Source: Sarea resinae (Eukaryota). From it: a DNA stretch of 64,000 bases. The notes under the pieces are model-generated. The model was not told the DNA's origin and searched no databases. It saw only the letters and a list, made by a program, of their open reading frames with translations. The DNA lies in NCBI GenBank assembly GCA_026026165.1, contig JAPEUD010000065.1, positions 1 through 64,000 of the forward strand. Direction: 5' to 3'. Positions 1 to 9,324 of the stretch are shown piece after piece. Position 1 is the stretch's first letter; every line of letters begins with the position of its first letter. The translations under genes were made by a program, and so were the position numbers.

Positions 1-2850
1 TAGGAAGTTAATTTCTTAGGATTTGTAATTAGGACTAATAGAATTGTAATAGAGAAGAGCTAAGTAGACACTATTAGAGAATAGCTAGCCTCTAAGACCT
101 ACTATAACCTCTAGGTCTTCTTAGGATTTACAAATTTCTACTAAAGATTTATTAAGAAATACTTTATTAAGGCGCTGCTATTAACTAGCCTGCTTGCTAA
201 GAGTAAGAATAGTAAGAAAAGTAGTCTATTCTACTTCTTAGAAGAAGCTAGAGAAGCTTTTAAAGCCCTAAAAGAGGCGTTTACAACAGCGCTAATACTG
301 TGTTACTATAACCTAAAGAGGTAAATATATATAGAAATAAACGCTTCTAGATTTACTGTTATAGCAATTCTATTACAGCTAGTTAAGGATAAAGAGAGTG
401 TCCTAATAGCGTTATAGTAGCACCTAGTTATATACTAGTCTAGAAAGCTTACTAACACTAAATTAAGATATAAAGTGTATAATTTAGAGTTACTAGCTAT
501 TGTTATAGCTTTTAAGCAATAGCGCTACTACTTAGAAAGGGCTAATTACTCTATTAAGGTCTTAACTAACTATGTAAATTTACGCTACTTTATAACTATA
601 AAGGAATTAACCTATTACTAGGCTAGGTAGGCTAAGCAACTAGTAGCGTATAATTTTAAACTTATATATAGAGTAGAGAAAGCTAATCTAGCTAATAGGC
701 TGTTATAGCGCCCTAATTATAAGGTAAAGATATAGGGTCTAGAAGTAATACTTCTTACTCTATAGCAGAAGCTACAGAACCTATATATATTAAAGAGAGA
801 TAGCACTACACTAGTAATTTAAAACCTTCTTACTAGAACAAATAATAAGTATCTAGATAAAATAGGTGCTAATACACCTAAGGATAATATATATCTATAA
901 GAGATTAAAAACCTCTCTAGGCTAGAGAATAACACCTTACCTACTATTAATAAGCGATATAGTTAAGCTAGCTTAACACCTAGCCTAAACCCTATTTATA
1001 ACAATACTAATAAGCTAGTATTAAGAGATAAGTTTAAACACCTCTATATAAGATAAGTAGTGTATAAAGCAGCTGCTAATAAAAGAGTGTATAAGCTGCT
1101 AATAAGCTAGCTGCTTAACGTTATCCTTAGGACTTAGTAAAAAGATCACTTTACTAAGAAGAAGATTAAGAGCATTCCTACTAAAGAGGTTATAAGCTAG
1201 GAAAAGTAGAAAATTAACTCTACTAGCTTGCTGCGCTTAGAAAGTAAGGCTTATATACTGTGTGATACAGCTATTAGGTTAGAAATTATAAGGATAAACT
1301 ATAATAACTTATTTAGTAGCTACTTTAGCACTAAAAGAACAATAAAGGTAATCTAGTGTAAATACTAGTAGATAAATTTAGCTAAAGATATTAAGGAATA
1401 TATTAATAAGTGCAATATATACTAAAGAGTGCAAGTGCCTAGGCATTACTTATATAGCAAACTATAGTTGTTACCTATACTCTACTAGCTATTTAAAGAA
1501 ATTACTATAGATTTTATAATAGGCCTACTACTAAGTAATATAAGAGATTATAAGGCCTGCAATATAATAATAGTAGTAGTTAATCGCTATATAAAGATAG
1601 CGAAATATATTCTATACTAGATAAATCTAAATACTGCTATACTTACAGATATATTTGTTAACGTTATAATAACAGTGTATAGCAACCTAAAGCGTATTGT
1701 ATTAGATAGAGGCAATGTATTTACAAGTAAATTTTAGTTAGCTATATACTATTAAATGCAAATTAAGAACTAGCTTAGCACTACCTTCTACTTACAAATA
1801 GATAGGCAAACTAAGAGGTAAAACTAGATATTAGAACACTACTTACAGTGCTATATAAGCAGCTGCTAGGATAACTAGGCCTTGCTATTACCTATAGCTA
1901 AGTATATATATAATAATAGCATACATTTATCTATAGAAATATCACTCTTCTATACCTTATACAGCTATAACTTAGATCTACAACTTAATATTATAGATAA
2001 TACTATAGAGAGAGAGGTGCTAGTAGTAAATAAGCGCTTTAATATTCTTTAAAGAGTAAGATAAAGACTAGAAGAGGATCTTACTAAGGTATAGTAGTAC
2101 TAAGCTAAGTAGTATAATAAGAAATATAAGCTAATACAATATAAGATAAGTAATAGAGTTATGCTATTAGCGTGTAACCTTAGCACTATACACCTAAGTA
2201 AGAAGTTAAAGCACTACTATATAGGCCTATTTATAGTACTTAACTCTATAGACAAGCAAGCCTACTAGTTATAGTTGCCTAAGGCTTATAGATCTATCTA
2301 TCCTATGTTTTATATATTGCTACTTAAGCGCTACTATAGTAATAGTAATACCTTAGACTAGCACTTAGAGCTAGTTAATAGTTAGGTTAAGTAGATTATT
2401 AAGAAAATCCTAGGCTATAGAGTGCTTAAAAAAGAGTAGCAATATCTAGTTAAGTAGAAAAGAGCTCTAGTAGATAATACTAGCTAAGAACTAGTAGAGC
2501 ACCTAGTAAACGCTATAGACCTAGTATAGAAATATAAGTAGCACTTACTCTCTAACTAGTATAGAGGCCTAGTAAACAAAGAATAGAATGCTAGTATGCT
2601 GTTAACTAAGCCCTAAGGTTAGCTAAAGAAATAACTACTTAATAACAGCGTTATAAAGGCGCTAGCTAAGAGACTAAAAGGCTGCCTAAGAAAGAATCTA
2701 CTTCTTTAAAAGACACCTTTAAGTAGTGTAGAGGTGCTAGTAATAAAGCGCCTGCATAAGAGGCTATAAAAGTATAGGCTAAAGCTATAAGTAATTATAA
2801 AAAGAAGACCTTATAGCTGTCTAAGAAAGGACACGCTGTTATAGCACTAG
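1..2850 (+). pseudogene. Gypsy pol remnant (RT C-term, RNase H, integrase, GPY/F, chromodomain, AT-hook tail) with many RIP-generated stops
   Basis: The motifs lie in frame +1 in canonical order. Stops are TAA/TAG at positions expected to be CAA/CGA/CAG/CGG/TGG. The chromodomain reads ILG..V.K...YLVK*K......S*E..EHL.NA. Confidence 0.9.
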
Positions 2851-3205
2851 TAAAGAGCTGCTATTAGAACTCTTTCTACTTCTTTTACCTATAAAGGTTT
2901 TTAAGTAGTTTTAGTAAGCTAGTAAAGAGGTAAGCCTGTAATACTATAGCATGCTAATAGTGTATAGTCTCTATAAAAGGCTATTAGGTAATAGAGTAAT
3001 AAAGCTATATAGCTATAATACTACAGTTATAAGAGGAGATAAAGTTATAGAAAAGAAAAGTAAAATTAAACTCTAGCGCTATCCTAGCGCGTAGCCTACA
3101 CAATCTAGTATATAAATAGAAATAAAAAGACTACTATCTTATTACCTAACTACTTTGTCCTACCTAACTCTAAAGGCTCTAATTAGCTTAATTGCTAGTA
3201 TTCCT

Positions 3206-3825
3206 TTAAAGCATTATATTATTATTATTATCCTTATCTTTACTCTTCTCTATACAACAAATTAAGGGCAGATTATACTATTAACATAAGTTAGCGCATG
3301 TAATAAGCTAAGAGAGCGCTAGGTAAACTTATAGCAAAGCGTAGGATATTATTAAGCCTTTTAACCTTATTAGCTAAACGCTCTATTACTATTATAGTGT
3401 AAAGGGCTAGGTCTATTAAGTAGCAGTTTATAGCGTTAATATAGGCCTTAATATAGTGTGTATAACGCTTCTATTTAGCTTATAGAGCGCTTATAGCTAG
3501 CTCTTATACAGTGTTATTAGATACTATTACTACTACTATATTAGTAGCCTTTAAAAGCCTATTTAAGCGCTTAAAGAACTTAGTTAGCACCTTATAAAGC
3601 TATAGGTTAGAGCCTATAAAGCGCTAAGCATAAGCTACTATAACTTACCTTACTACACTTCTTATATAGTCTTAAACAACGCTTACACTTTGCTAAAGAG
3701 AAGGTGTATATATATATAATATTAGAAAAAGTCTTAATAGACTTAGAACAATATAGGTAAAGCTTTTAATTAAGCTTTAGCTACTCTTTTAAGCTAGAGT
3801 ACAACTTGTTTACCTTTAAAGGCAT
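3206..3825 (-). pseudogene. RIP-mutated three-exon accessory gene inside the retrotransposon, Cys6 zinc-cluster-like plus helical region plus acidic tail (~168 aa)
   Basis: ATG at 3825. Exons are 3825-3649, 3590-3333 and 3277-3206, each a multiple of 3. Introns read GTAAGT..CTAAC..AG (3648-3591) and ATAAGT(=RIP'd GTAAGT)..GCTAAC..TAG (3332-3278). Exon 1 reads Y-L-Y-C-SKS...-Y-...-K-C-K-R-C-L-R-L-Y-K-K-C. Confidence 0.7.
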
Positions 3826-4242
3826 AGTAGCTTAAGAGCGTAGTATATTTATAGTGTAAGAGAGGTAAGGTATATAGGTATATAAGTATATAGAATATAC
3901 TTAAAAATATAGTGCAAAAGGTTTAATTATATATATATATAGTAGATCACCTATGTTTTATACCTACACCTCTATAGCTAAGTAACCTCTAAGTAATAGA
4001 GAGAATACCTAATATAGATAGTTTAAAGTATTTACCTTATCTATTTATTGCTGCTACCTTAGTATAACGTTTAGTAAATAAAGCAAACTAGATAAAGAAC
4101 TCTCTTTATTATCTATACTAATTTACTAGTTGCAGCAAATAGCAACGCTACTAAGGCGCTAGCAAAATAAAGACTTAACACTATAACATTATATATTGTA
4201 AATAAAGGACTTAAAGAACTAGGCTCTAAAAGAGAAGGTAAT

Positions 4243-4545
4243 TATAAGGGCTACTATTAATAGAGGTGCTATATATAACTTAGTGTAGTATAGAGTAACT
4301 ACTTAGTGTAGTCTAGCAACGTTTAGGTAAGCTAAGTAAGGTTATTATTTATATAGATTAATAGAGGTGCTAGCTATTAGAGCTAGCGTTTAGTGCAATT
4401 ATAAAGTTAGTGCCTACTAGTAATATTAATTGTATTAGTTCTGTATTACTAGAGTAATACTAGTATGCTACAGTGTACTAGCCTATTTAATTGTGCTATT
4501 CCTACCTACTCTACTATAGCTAGAAGTCTAAGAGGTAACCTAACA
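4243..4545 (+). repeat. Putative 3' LTR of the Gypsy element, preceded by a polypurine tract (4228-4238)
   Basis: Purine run AAAAGAGAAGG, then TAAT, then TATAAGG (RIP'd TGTGAGG-like start). The segment ends CCTAACA at 4545, a TG...CA-type terminus. It contains the short internal direct repeat ATTAATAGAGGTGCTA twice. The 5' LTR is not in the window to confirm. Confidence 0.55.
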
Positions 4546-5138
4546 CTTATATACCTATATTTGCAAAAAATATTAAATATCTTAGATTTTTTAGGTGATC
4601 TAAAATTTAAAAATCTCTATATTAAAATAATATTATAGTTTCTATAGGTGCTAAAAATTAAGTAGTGTTAAACTTATAAGACTATTACACTATTCTAGTA
4701 CTATACTACAATCTTTAATACAGTTATAAGTGTTAAACTAGTGAACTAGTCTTAATTCTAATTTACTACAGTTATAGGATATACTCTTATAGCACTAAGG
4801 TAATTAGAAGTAGCTCTAGAGGTACTTAAGTACTTATTTAGCACCTTTCTCTACTTATCTATCTATTCTACTTTCTAATAGCAATTAAAAGGTTATTTAA
4901 TAATCTAGCTCTTAAAAGCACTAAGGAGAAGTACTAAGTAGAATATGTAACTAGATTTTACATAAGCTTTTACCTTAATATTAATTGATTTTTTATAATT
5001 ATTTAAAAAAGGATTATATTATAATTGTTGTTACTAGTACCTTATACTACCTACCTAGCTCTACAGCCTCTGTTTTCTATATTGCGTAAAGTAAAGCACG
5101 CCTTTGCTATATTCCACTGTACTGCCAGATTGCAATCC

Positions 5139-6038
5139 TTACTCAATATCGACCTTTTTGATCTCAACGTACTCCTTGTCTTGCTTTGGTATGCTGATGC
5201 GCAAAACACCATCTTCCATTTTTGCACCGATAGTGTCTGGATCTACAGCAGCTGGGTGTGCCCTGCTTCCCAACCTGACCTTCCTCTCAAAGGCGCCGAT
5301 TTTCCTTTCGTCCATAGCCAGCGTCTTCAAGAATTCCTCGTCGCCGGGTCGATAGATGACGCCTGCAACACTTAACTCACTCTTGTCGGCGTCCCAATTC
5401 ACTCCAACATCCTCCTTCTTTGCACCGGGAAGAGAGACGTGGACAATATATGTATCTTCGGTATCAAAAACGTCAACCGGAGGAGCAAAGTCCTTGCCAT
5501 CTTGATCGTGGATCTGATCGGCACGACCAGTGCTGTCCGCATTGCCCTCCTCTGCCGCGCCGTTGCGTAGGTACGACATGAAGAATTGTGCAAATGGATT
5601 CATGAATGGAGCCATCCCATTCCAACCGTTGTGATTCGTATCTCTGCCGCAGCCGCGGCCTCGATGAAAGGGCCGACCGCGTCGTCCCCCATGCGGCGGC
5701 TGTTCTCCACGATGACCGCCTTCGTATGGCGGGGGAACTTCTTGCCCAGGTGGCCCTTGAGGTGGCCCCTGAGGCCCGGAAAAGCCGTCACCAGGCGGTG
5801 GCGAACCTTCGTGGTGCGGCAAATCTCTAGGTGGTGGGGGACCAAATGGGAAGCCCTGGAAGGGAAACCCTCGTCCCTCTACAGGGCTATCGTGCCTCCC
5901 CCAAGAAAAGCTACTCGGCCCAGGGCGAGCTTGGGGACCGAAAGCGGCAAACATTGGGTGTGACGTTCCTTGATCCTCGATGCTGGCAACAAAGTCCCAG
6001 AAGGGTGCAGACTGATTGAAGTATTCAACAGAAGGCAT
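5139..6038 (-). CDS. HSP20/alpha-crystallin family small heat-shock protein with a Pro/Gly-rich N-terminus
   Basis: C-terminal alpha-crystallin domain: PPVDVFDTEDTYIVHVSLPGAKKEDVGV...ERKIGAFERKVRL...AKMEDGVLRISIPK. First ATG is at 6038 (the track's ORF starts at a TTG). Confidence 0.92.
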   Translation of the reverse strand: MPSVEYFNQSAPFWDFVASIEDQGTSHPMFAAFGPQARPGPSSFSWGRHDSPVEGRGFPFQGFPFGPPPPRDLPHHEGSPPPGDGFSGPQGPPQGPPGQEVPPPYEGGHRGEQPPHGGRRGRPFHRGRGCGRDTNHNGWNGMAPFMNPFAQFFMSYLRNGAAEEGNADSTGRADQIHDQDGKDFAPPVDVFDTEDTYIVHVSLPGAKKEDVGVNWDADKSELSVAGVIYRPGDEEFLKTLAMDERKIGAFERKVRLGSRAHPAAVDPDTIGAKMEDGVLRISIPKQDKEYVEIKKVDIE

Positions 6039-7438
6039 AGTGTTCAAAATCCAGAGATCGTTTTGATGACAAGATAAATGTAAAGTACGTTTGAGATTGC
6101 TTATGGGTAATGTTGGGATGAAGAATAGGACAGGCGAAATTGAAGCAGATTATATACATTAATTATTCCTTCAGGCAACATGGTCTACGTAGGCAAGCGC
6201 GTGGACAGTTTGCCACAACAGTAAAGAGAATGCCGGCAGAAGGTAACATAGAAGTGTGAAGAAGAGACTAGAAAGACAAAGAGTCACACACATAGACTCA
6301 TGACAGGTAGGCTGCCAGAGCCGCGCGTCAGGTTGTGACACGCGGAGACGAACATGGCGAAAATCAGGTTTGGGACTCAGAGTAGGGACTGCTCACGTAT
6401 TAGAATGCTATAGTGGTTGCATGTGATCGCAACTAAGAGGAAACATTAAGTGTCTGACTGCAAAATTGGTAAGGATCAGAATAAGCAAGGACTACTCCTT
6501 AGAGCTAGGGAATAGAGACATTTGAGGCAAACAACAAGGTAGAGTAATAATCAAAGATAGCGAAACAAGAAACAATAGAGAAGTAGGCAGGAGGCGAAAA
6601 CAATACGCAGTAATACTCAGTACGAATACTACTGTACTCTGTAAAATACCTACCTAACCACTACTGCGTACGAAGTACCTTAAGGTATCTTACCACTGTA
6701 TGTGAGGTAGCCTGTTTCGGTTAGCCCGCTTGTTTCGGGCACCCCGCTGTTGATGTTTACTTTAGCAGTACTATGAGTATAAGGTTGTGTGTGCCCTTTA
6801 AAGTGATAAGTCAACGGAAATAAGTGATATGTTCGCTTGATGACAAGTAATCAGTATTCTAGTGTATTCCTTCGGTCTATAGGCTAATAAAAGTCCCTTT
6901 CAGATATTTTATAAGGTTAATACTACTTGCTAAGGTATCTTATTGCTTTAGTTTAATACCTATCTATAAGGATTGTTTTTAGTATTCCTTTTTTACCGTC
7001 CCTCTTTGTCCCTGCTTTAATCTAGTTATGTACTTACCTTGCTCATCTACATACGCTAAGAATTGTGTCTACAGACGACTTCTATTTCTTGCCCTTCTAA
7101 TTGACCAAGGGCTCTTTACAGATAGCTAGAAAATGTGTACACATAGCTATCTATATTTATTGGAATACAACATGTAGACCAATTACAAGCAAGAACTCAA
7201 GGTCCCTTTTGGCTTGATGTCCGACAGTATTGCGATCACTACTTCGTAATTTGTTTACCGGTAGGTCCTTACTCCAGCGTCTGCGATTATCATGTAGCTA
7301 GTAAAGATGGAGCTTGTTCACGGGCCCGGCGCCAGAGATTCCAGGCCGATACGCCAACTTTCACGCGTTCGCAGCCAATTTCCATGACCAGCGCATTTCC
7401 GCACCAATCTCAAGTGGGCCATAGGAGCGCAACCTGAA

Positions 7439-7471
<33 letters not shown>
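7439..7471. repeat. Poly-G homopolymer (33 nt)
   Basis: Directly visible. Confidence 0.95.
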
Positions 7472-7472
<1 letters not shown>

Positions 7473-9324
7473 CCGCCAAGAAGAGCAGGGCAGTATCCGT
7501 GACGCTTACGTGCTAGCAGCAGCGCAGTGGATATTGTCGTATGCGCAGAGCCTGTTCAAGCAGGCCATACTTCTGATAGATGTTTTCTTTGCTCACTAGC
7601 AGCTTTCGAGACCAGGTCCGCTCTACGATGGCAAAGCATGCCTTTCTCTCCGTATATGGCATTTTCGGAGAGACGGTTTCAAGACTATTGCTTCCGGGGA
7701 GGAGAATAGGTTCAGTCAGGAGCGTAAAAAGTTGGCGGCGAAAGCGGCCGCGATGGACTCGTTGTAGAGAAATATGACGTTTTGACAAGTCCGACAGACG
7801 GGCTGTCTTTTCCTCTATTTCCCAGTCTTATGCAATTTAATGCGATGGGCTTTTTACCAGCGTCCTAGAGCTTTTCTTTTTTCCCCCATCCTCCTCCAAA
7901 CAGCTCAATCTGAATAGCAAATCGAGCAGCATGTACATGCGTTGACTATCGTGTCATGATTTGGCCAATGCCTTTCACTTGCGTCTCGAAAGACTGCTCA
8001 GGACTCGAGAAATTCTCTTCTGCCTATAGTTGAATATACAACCTAGGCACAGCTATCTCCGAGCAAGAGCTACTCTAATTTGGTATTAGAAAGGTTCGTG
8101 GAATTGGTGCGGTCAAAGTATCGTACCTTACTGCGCAGGAAGCAGGGGACAGAGTACCGCACCGCCAGCCAAGGAGACACGGTAATCTTATCTGATTTAT
8201 AGATATGATAAGTATCCTTGAGTCTTTCCCCACGGTACCGTACCTACCTTAGGCACCTACTAGGGGAGGTGCCTTAGTAAGTAGAGTATGGACTGGAGTT
8301 CAAGGTGCTTCTAGATCTACGGAGTGCCTAGTCGAGGTAATTTCCGCCAGGATTTTCAATCACATTTTCCTACCTGCCTAGGTACCTTAAAGCTACTGCG
8401 TATCCTGTACTTTCATGACTCCACATTTTTTCATAGATACTTTCGTCTCTCATTTTCTTCCATCACTGTTAGAAAGTCATCCAAACCAGTTCTGTTTTCG
8501 CCCTCTTCGTCGCACAGGTCTCTAATAGTAGATATCAGGCATTGACGTTTCTATCCTTCGGTATAAAGGCCGCTCTCTTTGAAAGCAGCTTCAAGAGGTA
8601 CGCTATCCCAATCTCAATACATCTACCCACTACTTCTGTCCTTTGATTCTTTGTTCTCTGCTGCTCTGTTTTGTCCGTGGACCTGCACCAGTATTGTGCT
8701 AAATGATGAATTCCAAATACTTCACAGACCTGTTCTGAACCTCAATGTAGAGATTCTTTGGATACATTCTGATTTATTGCGATTGTTCTCATTGTGAACG
8801 CTCGTCAATTACTAATATCTCATGAGCTAACAGCTTGCCCAGAGAAGCACGCCCTTGTTGTTGTTCGTTTGTTTGGAATTATCAAGCAAGGTCGATATGC
8901 TTTATCAAGCGCACGGATATAATTCTGTCCTAGCTTCTCGTTCCTTATCGCTCAGTTGTTGAACAAGATATTCTAAAATTTACTACACAGTATTTGGCGG
9001 CACACCTATCAGAGAGCTCATTCAATACTAATACTGTTTAAAAGAATAGCATTAGTGTCTTTGTTTAGATTCTGTGAAACTGATATGTTGTTCGCAAACA
9101 AGCAATCTTCACCAACGATGCCTTGTAGACAAGGCAAGCCATTGTCTGCTCGCAACAGGGCAAACCATGACAAAGAAGTGAACAATTCTAATACGCCTAT
9201 TGTTGTTGCTTTATCTAAATATCTCAAGAACGTTGTTTTCACAGCCTCGGATAGACTATATATTGGATTACGCTTCTGCATCCTGTGAGAGCTCTACCCA
9301 AAAGATTTTCCGTAGACAAACAAG

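Larger units (their letters stand above)
1..4545 (+). mobile_element. RIP-inactivated Ty3/Gypsy LTR retrotransposon (chromovirus), 5' part outside the window
   Basis: Very AT-rich and TpA-rich. Frame +1 still shows pol motifs after reversing C>T/G>A: FLGF(A)NFY(R)RFI (118-153), RNase H (E)T(D)ASGF and H(P)V.Y(W)SRKL...ELLAIV (~330-540), integrase HHCC zinc region (~1300-1430), ITMDFI (~1500), (H)(P)Q(T)D(G)QT(E)R (~1790), GPF/IHPVFHV (~2220-2330) and a chromodomain (~2390-2520). A putative PPT and LTR follow. Confidence 0.95.

Noticed and set aside
2851..3205. Possible env-like sense ORF3 after pol
   Set aside because: No signal peptide or TM pattern is recoverable. The coding signal in the 3' region is on the minus strand, and this stretch looks like the convergent 3' spacer.
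7513..7990. Broken minus-strand reading frame (…DWEIEEKTARLSDLSKRHISLQRV…)
   Set aside because: It may be a pseudogene fragment, but I cannot assign any family.
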